This document shows positions 10,363-20,000 of a DNA stretch of 64,000 bases, in pieces. Below the pieces are notes generated by a model, which was not told the DNA's origin, made no database searches, and saw only the letters and a list, made by a program, of their open reading frames with translations. A program made the position numbers and the translations under genes. Positions within the stretch are counted from its first letter, which is position 1. Every line of letters starts with the position of its first letter. Origin of the DNA: an uncultured Elusimicrobia bacterium (GTDB taxonomy: Bacteria; Elusimicrobiota; Elusimicrobia; 2-01-FULL-59-12). The DNA is taken from NCBI GenBank assembly GCA_963702895.1, contig OY969767.1:736001-800000 (forward strand). The letters are read 5' to 3'.

Positions 10363-10692
10363 ATGACGAATGAGGCGGCGCAGGAAAAGATTCAGGAGAT
10401 GGTACGGCGCATTGTCGCTGCCTTTCATCCCGAGAAGGTCGTTCTTTTCGGGTCTTACGCGCGCGGGACGGCCGGTCCCGACAGCGATGTGGACCTTCTC
10501 GTGGTCATGCCTTTTTCGGGGAAGCGGCGAGACTTGGTCGTTGAAATTCGCGGACACTTGCATGGCTTAGGATTGGCAAAGGATATTGTGGTGTCGACTC
10601 CGGAGGAGTTTATTGAAGATCAATCGATCGCCGGCACCATTCCACGGGCCGCCTATTTGGAAGGTAAAGTGTTGTATGACCGAGCGGCCTAG
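10363..10692 (+). CDS. Minimal nucleotidyltransferase (MNT) antitoxin
   Basis: LFGSYARG...DSDVDLLVV motif; 109 aa from ATG 10363; overlaps the downstream HEPN gene. Confidence 0.88.
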   Translation: MTNEAAQEKIQEMVRRIVAAFHPEKVVLFGSYARGTAGPDSDVDLLVVMPFSGKRRDLVVEIRGHLHGLGLAKDIVVSTPEEFIEDQSIAGTIPRAAYLEGKVLYDRAA

Positions 10693-11099
10693 AAAAACTT
10701 TTCACGTCCGAGCTTGGGTACAAAAAGCGGAGAGCGATTTTGTCACGGCCGAACACACACTTCGAATGCCGTCCGAGCAATGCCCTTACGATACGGTTTG
10801 TTTCCATGCGCAACAGGTTGTTGAGAAATATCTCAAGGCATTGCTCGTATGTCACGACATCGATTTTGGGAAGACGCATGACTTGGTGGAGATATCGATG
10901 TTATTGTCCGTTCGATGTCAAACACCTATGACGAAGGCCGAACTTGAGCTTTTTGACAACGCATGCTGTTGAGAGTCGTTATCCCAGCGATCCCGACCTT
11001 GTCACGGCGGCCGAAGCGGGAAAGGCGATGGAGTTGACCCGCCGACTTCGCGACTGGGCCAGAGCCAGCCTCCCGAAAGACGCTCTTTCATCGAAATAG
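10676..11099 (+). pseudogene. HEPN-domain protein with a +1 frameshift in a T5 run (10950-10954)
   Basis: N-terminal part has W..KA..D, FHAQQ..EKYLKA and KTHDL. The typical C-terminal part LTTHAVESRYP...SSK* lies in another frame, ending at TAG 11097-11099. Removing one T joins the two. A sequencing error is possible. Confidence 0.8.
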
Positions 11100-11193
11100 G
11101 ACAACCTGTTGCTTTCCCCTTCGGTTAAAGGCGTTTCTCCTACTTCCGCTGAACCGTCTAAATATTATCAAAAACGAGCTTATTTGTAGAATA

Positions 11194-11244
11194 AATACCG
11201 GGAATTAATATATCTTGACGATGCACCGGGATTCCCGGTATTAT
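11194..11244 (+). promoter_or_regulatory. Putative promoter TTGACG-N18-TATTAT with a 12-bp inverted repeat
   Basis: AATACCGGGAAT (11194-11205) pairs with ATTCCCGGTATT (11231-11242); -35 at 11215-11220, -10 at 11239-11244; GTG at 11251. Confidence 0.55.
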
Positions 11245-11250
11245 TATGGA

Positions 11251-12213
11251 GTGAAAATCCATCTCCCAAACAGCGCTTTCCTTGGGAATATCGACCCCTT
11301 CTTGAGGGGTTTTGACCCTTCGCATCCCGATACTCTCCAGATCACAGCCAATGAAAGCTGGATTTCGGTTCACCCCATGGTGCTCTCCATGATCGCCGCC
11401 CTGGGCTTGAGCGTGAAGCCGGAAAACATTCACTGCGAACAACTCAAAGCAGCCTCAAGACACTATCTGGTTCGTATGGGGCTCTTTAAGCTCCTCCACA
11501 TCGAGTCCGGCATCCAGGTGACGGAGCATGAGCCGGCCGGCCGGTTTATCCCTCTGACTCCGCTCCATACCTCGGAGGAATTGTCCCGATTTATCACGGA
11601 GATGATTCCCCTTCTCCACGCGCCCCCGGAGCAAGCGAAAACACTGGGTTATATGGTGAGCGAACTGGCGCGCAATGTTCTGGAGCATGCCCGCGCGCCC
11701 AACGGGGCGCTCCTGTGCGCGCAGTATTACAGGAAGAGCAACGCGATTCGGATCGGGATTGCCGACACCGGAATCGGCATCCGAAGCGCCATCAACGAAT
11801 CCTACGCGGCCAAGACCGATCTGGAGGCGATCCAGCTGGCGCTCACCCCCGGCATCACGGGCACCACGCGTCGCGAAGGAGGGACGGAGCAAAACGCGGG
11901 GGCCGGACTTTTCTTTATCCGATCGATGGCCCGCGTCAACCGCGATTTCTTCGTGATTTATAGCGGCAGCGGCTTTTATAAACTGCTCAAGAAATCCTCG
12001 TCGAAGAAGATGGCTTTGAACGCGGACCCGTTCCGGGACAGGCACACGAAATCAGACGCGCTCCCTTACTGGCAGGGGACGCTGGTGGGGATTGATATGA
12101 CGCTCGACCAGACGGCGGAATTTTCAAGTTTGCTGGATGTCATTGGGAGAACCTACAGCCAGGCCGTCCAGGAGCGAAAAAAAGCGAGACTCCGGAAGGC
12201 GCGTTTTATCTAA
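11251..12213 (+). CDS. GHKL/HATPase_c ATP-binding protein (anti-sigma kinase-like)
   Basis: ELARNVLEHA (N box), IADTGIGI (G1), NAGAGL (G2), WQGT. Start inferred at GTG 11251. Confidence 0.8.
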   Translation: MKIHLPNSAFLGNIDPFLRGFDPSHPDTLQITANESWISVHPMVLSMIAALGLSVKPENIHCEQLKAASRHYLVRMGLFKLLHIESGIQVTEHEPAGRFIPLTPLHTSEELSRFITEMIPLLHAPPEQAKTLGYMVSELARNVLEHARAPNGALLCAQYYRKSNAIRIGIADTGIGIRSAINESYAAKTDLEAIQLALTPGITGTTRREGGTEQNAGAGLFFIRSMARVNRDFFVIYSGSGFYKLLKKSSSKKMALNADPFRDRHTKSDALPYWQGTLVGIDMTLDQTAEFSSLLDVIGRTYSQAVQERKKARLRKARFI

Positions 12214-12226
12214 AAAGGAGGGTGCC

Positions 12227-12520
12227 GTGAAAACCATTTCCATTATGGAACGTGCCGGGACATTCGCCGAAAACAAGGATGTCGCGCGCGCCATTCGCCT
12301 GCAGGAGATCCTCCCCGCGCTCGAGAAGAAGGAGGAGATCGTTCTTGATTTTGACGGGGTGGAGGCCGCGACGCAGTCGTTTATCCACGCGCTCATCAGC
12401 GACGTGTTGAGAACCTACGGGAGTGAAGCGCTCGACGCGATGGTGTTTAAATCCTGCAACCTCACCATTCAGAAAATCATCCAGATCGTCATCGAGTACA
12501 TGCAGGAAGGCGATCGGTGA
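12227..12520 (+). CDS. STAS-like (DUF4325-type) protein
   Basis: AGGAGG RBS before GTG 12227; IVLDFDGVEAATQSFIHALI motif; paired with the upstream HATPase. Confidence 0.8.
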   Translation: MKTISIMERAGTFAENKDVARAIRLQEILPALEKKEEIVLDFDGVEAATQSFIHALISDVLRTYGSEALDAMVFKSCNLTIQKIIQIVIEYMQEGDR

Positions 12521-12627
12521 GCTGGCGCCCGCGCCACGGGGTTGCCGCCTCTCCGGGAGGCCGCCTTGCTGGGGCACCACCGTTCCGGATGGTCGCCTTA
12601 TCGGCGGGCGCCAGCCCAAAGTAAACA

Positions 12628-12656
12628 TTGCAGGCTCGACGGAGGGCAGGTACAAT
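12628..12656 (+). promoter_or_regulatory. Putative sigma70 promoter TTGCAG-N17-TACAAT
   Basis: Consensus-like hexamers with 17-bp spacing; ATG at 12669. Confidence 0.55.
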
Positions 12657-12668
12657 GTCATTACGGTC

Positions 12669-12875
12669 ATGATTCAAAACGCCCATCTCTGGAATGCTTG
12701 GGAGCGCGCTTGGCTCGCTTCTCAGAAGCCAAACTTCCAGCAATCCCTTCGAATCTTTGAGTCCATGCTCACCCAGGCGCGGCATTTGGGCGCCTTCCCA
12801 CCGAAAAACCCTTTGGAAGGGTTCCCGGAGAAAATCCTGTTTGTCCAGCGCCTCCATGTTCGAAGCGCTGCTTGA
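12669..12875 (+). CDS. Small hypothetical protein (68 aa), partner of the downstream nucleotidyltransferase
   Basis: MIQNAHLW...LGAFPPKNPLEG; lies directly after the promoter and overlaps the next gene in a TA-like arrangement. Confidence 0.65.
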   Translation: MIQNAHLWNAWERAWLASQKPNFQQSLRIFESMLTQARHLGAFPPKNPLEGFPEKILFVQRLHVRSAA

Positions 12876-13413
12876 GCGGCTCGGCAACCTTCTCGACCGG
12901 TATCATATTCCCTACATGATCATCGGGGGTCAGGCTGTTCTCCTTTACGGAGAGCCACGTTTTTCGAAGGATGTGGACCTCACGCTGGGGCTCGAACCCA
13001 CCCAGGTGGGGACCTTGCTGGAAGCCCTCAAATCCGCCCACATTCAACCGCTGGTGGAAGACCCGCAGGGGTTTGTGCAAACCACCTGCGTGCTGCCCTG
13101 TCAGGATCCCGAGACAGGATTTCGTCTCGACTTTGTCTTTTCATTTTCCGATTATGAGCGTCAGGCGCTCCAGCGCGTCCGCCGCACTCTCGTCGGGAAA
13201 ACGCCGGTCGCCTTTGCCTCTGTGGAAGATCTGATCATCCATAAGATGGTGGCCGGCAGGCCTCGCGACCTGGAAGACGTGAAAGGCATTCTCATCAAGA
13301 ATCCAACACTGGACAGCCGCTACCTCCACCGCTGGCTTGAAGACTTTGAAAAAGGCCTGGCCCAACCGATTCTTCATCGCTTCAAGGAAATTCAAGAATC
13401 CCTTCGCTCGTAG
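12856..13413 (+). CDS. Nucleotidyltransferase (DUF6036/AbiEii-like)
   Basis: YMIIGGQAV..YGEPRFSKDVD and EDLIIHK..AGRPRDLED motifs; ATG at 12856. Confidence 0.85.
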   Translation: MFEALLERLGNLLDRYHIPYMIIGGQAVLLYGEPRFSKDVDLTLGLEPTQVGTLLEALKSAHIQPLVEDPQGFVQTTCVLPCQDPETGFRLDFVFSFSDYERQALQRVRRTLVGKTPVAFASVEDLIIHKMVAGRPRDLEDVKGILIKNPTLDSRYLHRWLEDFEKGLAQPILHRFKEIQESLRS

Positions 13414-13763
13414 CCATCCCCTATCAGAGCGGGCTTTCTGACGCCGGCTCGCCGCTTCGCCCCCTCGCCGATTCGATCATCCGCACACGCCTTCCGCGTC
13501 ACCACCGATGTTCCGGATTGTCGCCCTTTCGGCCTAGATCAAAACGAGTTGATAAATCCACCACTCCTGCTGAATAAGATGTTGATTTCTAGATGCGTTT
13601 CTGATGCCAACAATGTAACCCTCCCGTAACACCCATCTGTTAAAAATAAGCATAAGAATGAGAAGCAAGACCCATGAATCGAGTGGGCCAAACGGTCGGT
13701 TATTTTTGACCCTGCGACCCATCGTATTACCGTCGACGAAGAGATAAAGTTTTCTTGTAAGCC

Positions 13764-14010
13764 ACAGGGGAGAGAACAGGGGAGAAAAGGGGAAAAGATG
13801 GGAGGACAGGGAAACATGGCCAAGGGAGACGGCGACATGGAAAAAGTTCGATTAAATTTTTCTGCCCCCGCGCCTGAGCCACTCCACTCTTCGCCGAGCG
13901 ATCCCATCGACAATTCGTCAGACACCCTTTCTTCCTCAAGCCTCTTCTCCCGTCTTCTCCCCCGTTCTCCCCTGTTCTCCCGTGTTCTCCCCGTCCTCCC
14001 CTGTTCTCCC
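13764..14010. repeat. Inverted purine/pyrimidine decamer-repeat element upstream of ORF2
   Basis: GGAGAACAGG-like units at ~13764-13812; complementary CCTGTTCTCC-like units at 13941-14009 (six 10-mers and one 9-mer). Confidence 0.8.
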
Positions 14011-14021
14011 TTGCGAAGCGT

Positions 14022-17000
14022 TTGATCTCGCTGCTTTTGGCCCTGTGCATGATCGTCGATCCCGTGTGGGCGACGGGCGTTTCGGACTTCGTCCGCGCGA
14101 GCTTCACGCACGACATCCGCGACATCATGATCCCGGCGAAGCTGGGGATGGTGACCGATAAGTGGATTGCGTCTGTATCGGAGTATCGGAGTAACGGAGT
14201 GCCGGGGTCACGTCAGAGCCGTAACTCCGCTACTCCGAAACACCGTGACTCCGATACTGTTGTTACCCCGATACCCCGATACCCCGATACTCCGGTACAG
14301 CCGTTTGTCGTCCTCATCCAAGACCTCCACGCCAACATCAGCGTCCAGCAAAATATCTCGGGCATCCTCCAGTTCCTCTACCGCCGCACGCGACTCAGCC
14401 ACATCTTCGCCGAAGCGGCCTTCGGCCCCTGCGATGTCTCCATCCTCCGAACCCTCCCCAGTCGGCGCGCGCAGAAGCGCTTTGAGAAAAAGCTACTCGA
14501 CCAGGCGCTCATCGCCGGCGACGAGCTCGCCGCCGCGCACGTGGGCGAGGGTCCCCTCTCACCCGTCAAGCTCATCGGCGTCGATGACCCGCTCCTGTAT
14601 CTGGCGAACGTCCAGGCGTTCCGTGATCTGGTTTCCAACGGCCCGCGGATCGCCGAAGAATGGAAGGCGATCCGGGACATTCTCATGCCCGGCGCGGCGC
14701 CGAGCTTGCGCCGGCACCTCGAGCTCACCGAGAAGATGCTGTCGCTCAAACTCGTCGATTACGAATGGGAACAGTACAAAGAACATAAAGATTGGACTCC
14801 TGGAAGGGCGTCCCGAGTCCCGAGTCCCGAGTCCCGCGTCCCGAGTTCCGCGTCCCGAGTCAAGGGACGGACGCAGAACCTGAACGGCCAGACGCGAAGC
14901 GCAGGACGCAAGACGCAAGACGCAGCACGCAAGACGCAGGACGCGCGACGCGTAACGCAGGACGCGAGACGCGTAACGCAGGACGCGAGACGCGAGACGC
15001 GGGACGCTTTATCTGAAGCGATCGCAGCGGCCGAGCGCTTCTACACCGCCGCCGAAGCCCGTAATGGGGCGATGGTGGACAATTTGCTGGATCAAATGGG
15101 TGTATCGGAGTATCGGAGTACCGGAGTACCGGAGTCACAGCGTGAAGGCGTAACGGAGTACCGGGGTACCGCAGTACCGGGGTCACATCAGAGCCGTAAC
15201 TCCGTTACTCCGATACCCCGTTACCCCGATACAGAAATTGCGCCGGTCGCGCTGGTGACCGGCGGCTTCCACACCGCCTCGATCGCTCACCGGCTCAAGG
15301 AGCAGGGCATCAGCTTCATGGTGGTCACACCCCAGGTCGACCGCCTCGACCACGAAGAGCTCTACGTCCGCAGCATGACCGAGCCGCCGCACGAAACCGT
15401 GCGGGCGGTCGCCACGTCCGGTTATCGACAGCTTACGAACCTCAAAAAGTTCGCTGTGAGCTTCGGCATGGGAGAGAAATTCGGAGAGTGGTTCAACCGG
15501 ATGATCAAGCCACAGTACATCTGGAAACAAATCAAAGCCTGGGCCCAAGATAGTTTTGATGTTCTTGTGCGTGAGGTGGCCGCCAGACTCCTCCGACAGA
15601 TCATGGACCAGCCTCAACGATTGCCTCGCTTCGCGTTGTCTCGGCGTTGGGCCCCGGCGCTGGCCGGCATCGGCACCGTTTTGGTCGCCACGCTCGCCTC
15701 CGTGGCGGATGCCGGCACGCTCCAGGCCGCCTCTTTCGCGCCGAGCCTGACGGCGGCATCCGCCGCTCAGCCGGCCTCTGATTTTCCCTCGTTGGGTGCG
15801 GCCTTCTGGCAGAGCGCCTCTGTCTTTCTATTGGTGTCCATCTTATCCATCCTTCTTGTAGCGTGGACCTGGCGATTCTTCCGCAAATGGCAGAAAGCCG
15901 AAAGTCCGCATATGGACATAGTGCATCGGCTTAGGAACATGATTCCACGGAGGTCAGTAACACCAGGCAGTCGTCCTGGTGTTAATCCGTCAGCGCCTCG
16001 TCGTGCGAAAAGTCTCCAGGCCGGTCAACCGCGGAAACCCTCCCCTCCCGCTGTTCTGCGTCTGCAGCTTGCTACTGATGTGCCAGCGGATCCCGTTGAT
16101 CTGCGTCTGAAGCTTGCTACTGATGTGCCAGCGGATCGAGGTGCAAAAGTACCCTCGGCCGGTCAACCGCGGACACCCTCCTATTCCCGTGTTCTGCGTC
16201 TGCCGTCCGTCCTTGTCATGGCCGCGGGAACGCTCTCCGCGCTGGCCGCCAGCGCCGGCAAAGTTGCAGCTCAGGGCCTCGAGGTCGCCGGCGCCGCGGC
16301 GGGCCAGGCCGCCAAGCTCGTTCAGGTCGTATCGCCGGAGGCCGTGTCGGAATACATCATTCATCCCGGCGACACGCTGAGCGAGATCGCGCCGCAGCTC
16401 GGGACCACGGTCCAAGACCTGGTTGAGCGCAACCATATTGTGGACCCCGACCTCATTTTCGCCAACGCCAAGCTCCTCTATCCAACACCGCATTTTGCGA
16501 CGGATCTTGCCGTGACGGCGTCCCAGCCGGCCGCTCAGGTCGCGGGTCCCGCCGCCCAGGCGGCCGACGCCGCGGCGCAGGCCGTCAACACGATCCCCTC
16601 CGCCGCGCAGGCGTCCAGCTGGTTCGATTCCGTCCAGCAGGTTTTCTCTCAAGGCTCGGCCGTGCTCCAGGCGCATCCCTATCTGATCTTCGGGTTCGTT
16701 GGCACGGCGATCATCGGACTGGTCTTCTACGGGATTTCCCGCTATCGCGCCCAGCGGTCAACCAGCGCCATCATTGAAAAAGCCTGGGTTCAGGCTCTCA
16801 AGAGAACGTACACTTCCGAAGCGCAAGCCAGAGAAGCGATCCAGGCTGTCCAGGCGCTCCTCCCGAAGCCGGGTCCTTATGGAGATTATGCGGAGTATGC
16901 CTCGGATGAACTCCTCACGAGCGTCATGCAGAGGATGGAGACCTCCAAGATTAGCCGAGGTGCGGATGGCCAGAACTGGATCCTTCGCGACGGCACCTCC

Positions 17001-20000
17001 AATTTGCGGCGCGAGCAGCAGGCCGCCCGGCAAGTCCGGGCCTACTACCTGGGATTGCCGCGCTACTATCTGAGACGCCTCTTCAACGCTGGGCGGCGGA
17101 AGTTTTTAAGTCCCTGGACGGAACTGGTCTCCATTGTGCCGTCCCCTTCGCCGGTCCCTCAAACGGCGCCTTCGGCAAAAGTCCAAGTGTCCGGGCGACA
17201 GGAGCCGTCGGCTGTCCACGCTTCGGTTGCCGGCGGCGAGCAAAGCGCGCCGAAAGCCGCCGCCGTGCGCTCCCAGCAGGCGGCCAAGGCCGCGGCGCGG
17301 CGGCGGCCTTCCGGTTCGGAAAAGCAGCCTAGGCGCCTCCAGGATATTCCGCGCCTGGCCGCACTCCAATTGACGGATGAAGAACAAATGGTTCTGGCCG
17401 AAGCGCCCGATCTCATGGTGGACAAGAGGACGGAAATCGATGCCGCCTACCGGCGCTTGAATGAACTGCTCGATACGCATATCCAGGCCTATGTCCTATC
17501 TTCATCAAAAAATACCTACCGGCACCTTCAGTTTGCACCTTCTAAAAAACAGCGTGCCCTCCAGCGTCCCCTCCAGCATGCCCAGCGCTTGAAGGAAATC
17601 CTTCGCCACCGCCCCCAACTTTTGCAGGAGGCAAAGCTTCTAGCACAGGCTTTAGGCAAGAACGCTCTCAACCAGAGGCGCAAGGCCGTGGATTTGGTGT
17701 TGGTGGGAAGCGCTGATTTGACGGAGGCTGCCGGGCGGCTCGAGCAAGTCGCGGCCCGCGTCGAAGGAGAACTCACTGGGGAGCTTGCAGCCGTTCAGGT
17801 CGCGGCGCAAGAGACCCAGAAAGATCTGGAAGCGATACGGCGAAGAGACGGCCGCATCCATCCATCGGTCTTAAAGTCCCTGGAACAAATAGTGCGAAGA
17901 CTTCCTACGCTCTTTGATGCCAGTTCTCTTCGCGGCGAACTGGAACATGTAGACCGCCTGAACGGCACCCTCATCGGGCGCGTCCAAAAAGCACAAGGAT
18001 TCCAGTTCCTTGCCGCCTTGCAAAGCCGGGTGAACCAGATCTTAAGGCACCTCCGCGGGATTGCCAAACTCCTCGAAGCTCTCGGTGCGCAGAAGGACCT
18101 GGCCGGCTCATGGGCTGAGTCCAGCAACAACCGGTGGCAGGCCGTCTTGGCCAGCCTTGCCCCGGCCCGCCGCATGCTCGCCCCGGTGGTCGTCGTGCTT
18201 GGGCTTGTGTTCGCCGGACCGGTCTGGGTCCCCTACGCATGGAGCGTCGTCGCCACGGCGCCCTATCTGAGCGGCACGGTCCTTGTGGCGGGCGCTCTTC
18301 TCGTTGGGGCCATCGCTGGCGTGAAGCGCTACCGTGCTTCCACGATGGTCGTGCTGGATCTGACGCCCAAGCTGTCCGGCGCGGGTGTTTCGGTTCTCCC
18401 GTTTCTCGCGCAGGCGCCTGCGCCTCGTCGCTTGGCGCGCACCGGCCTGGTGAGTCTTTTGCAGGCGGTGTCTTTTGCGTTGCCAGTGGCAGCCGGGAAT
18501 ATGGGGCCTTTCCAGACCCCCGCCCAGGAACTTCAAGACCAGGAGCTCTCGGGCTGGCAGCGCCGGGCGGACTACTTGCGCCGGCAGAGAGGCTATCTTG
18601 ACCCAAGGTCCTCCCGCGCGCAAGACCTTGCCCGTGAGTTGTCATGGGTCGAGGCACACCTTGAGGAAGTCGCGCTCCGCACGGCCCAGATGGAAAGGTA
18701 TTTGCAGGACCCTGCGCGTCTCAGTGCCGTTCATCAGCGGGAAGCCCGGCTAGAAAAACTTGCTTCCGAGCTTGCCGCGCTTGAAAAGCAGAAAGCCCCC
18801 GCCTCTCGCGTGGAAGCGCTTCGCCTGCAAATCCGCTATGAAGAGCTTGAACTCCGCAGGCTCAAGATTCCGGAAGAGCTTCATGACATCAGCCAGCAAA
18901 AGATCGCCATTCTCAAAGAAAACAAGGACGTCGATGCGCGGCTCAAAGCGCTCTATGCCCGCGAGATGACGATCCAAGCGGAAGAAGAGGCGCTCTCGCA
19001 GGCGCTTGTTGCCTCAGCCAACGCCTACGGGACATCGCAGGCGCTGCTGGAGGACCTCCAAGCAGGCCGCGGTGACGTGCTGGGTAAAGCGCTTGGCGTG
19101 CTCATCGGAAACTTTGAGCGCATCGAGAAGCTCCCCCGGCCGGAGCAGGAACGGATCCTGGCCGAGCTGGCCCAAGCGCGCGGCTGGACAGGGGAGCGGT
19201 CGGAAATCCTCCGGCAGCAGGCCATCGAGCTGCTCGAGCGCGCGCTCGTTCCTTTTCAGGCGCGCTTCCAGATTCGCCTGGACTTCTATGACCGCGCCAT
19301 GGCCCAGGCCGGGCTTCGGGAGCGTGCCTTGAACGGCCGCGTTAGTCACGCTGCGGCGGCTGAAGAGCTTGAATTCGAACGTGAAAGCGATCGTGCGGCC
19401 GCTGTCATACTCGAGAATCCCTATGCCGATGTTCTACTTGAGAAAGACTACGCCGGTGTCGCGGATGCAACCTTAACGCAGGAAGAAGTGGAGCTGCGGA
19501 ATCATTTGATCTCGATCATCGCACACGCGGAGGCCCGCTTCGACCAAGAGGTTGTGACCGGAGTCAAGCCGTCCCAAGACAGCGCCGAACTCGCGGACGT
19601 CAACTGGAAACTGGCCACAGCCCAAGGTCCTGAGCGCGAGAACCTTCTGAAGAAACAGAAGGAGCTTCAAGCGAGCATCCAGAAGCGTGAGGAGGCCGCC
19701 AAGCTCTCTCAGCGGAACAGCGAAATCAAGGCGCTGGCCGGGCGGCTCAAGCTCAAAGCCGGCAAACCCCAGGCCGAGTTTCAGCACCTGGCGAGCTGGC
19801 TGAAAGATTTGCATATCGCGGTGCCCCCTCCCGCGCCCTCCGCGGGCCTGCAGCAAAGGCTGGCGGCACTCAACCCCTCCCAAAGGGTGCAAGCCTTTTC
19901 CGAAGAGATGGAGCGCATGACCGAGCGCTCCTACGATGAAGGCCTGCAGCAGGCGATGAAGGTTTTTGGGGAAGTGTACGGTGTTGTCGTCGGCGACGAG

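Larger units (their letters stand above)
14310..15375 (+). other. Conserved N-terminal domain of ORF2 (TraB/TIKI/ChaN-like motifs), paralogous to the ORF4 N-terminus
   Basis: IQDLH..Q.NI, E.A.G, GV.DP, FY.AA..RN..M..N.L and V.GGFHT...L...G.S.....PQVD are shared with 62221-63390. Confidence 0.7.

Noticed and set aside
7289..13413. Integron cassette array
   Set aside because: Genes are co-oriented, but I found no attC-type RYYYAAC...GTTRRRY sites and no integrase, and the genes have their own promoters.
13534..13722. Small minus-strand membrane ORF (62 aa)
   Set aside because: One hydrophobic stretch, but no RBS or recognisable family; it cannot be supported.
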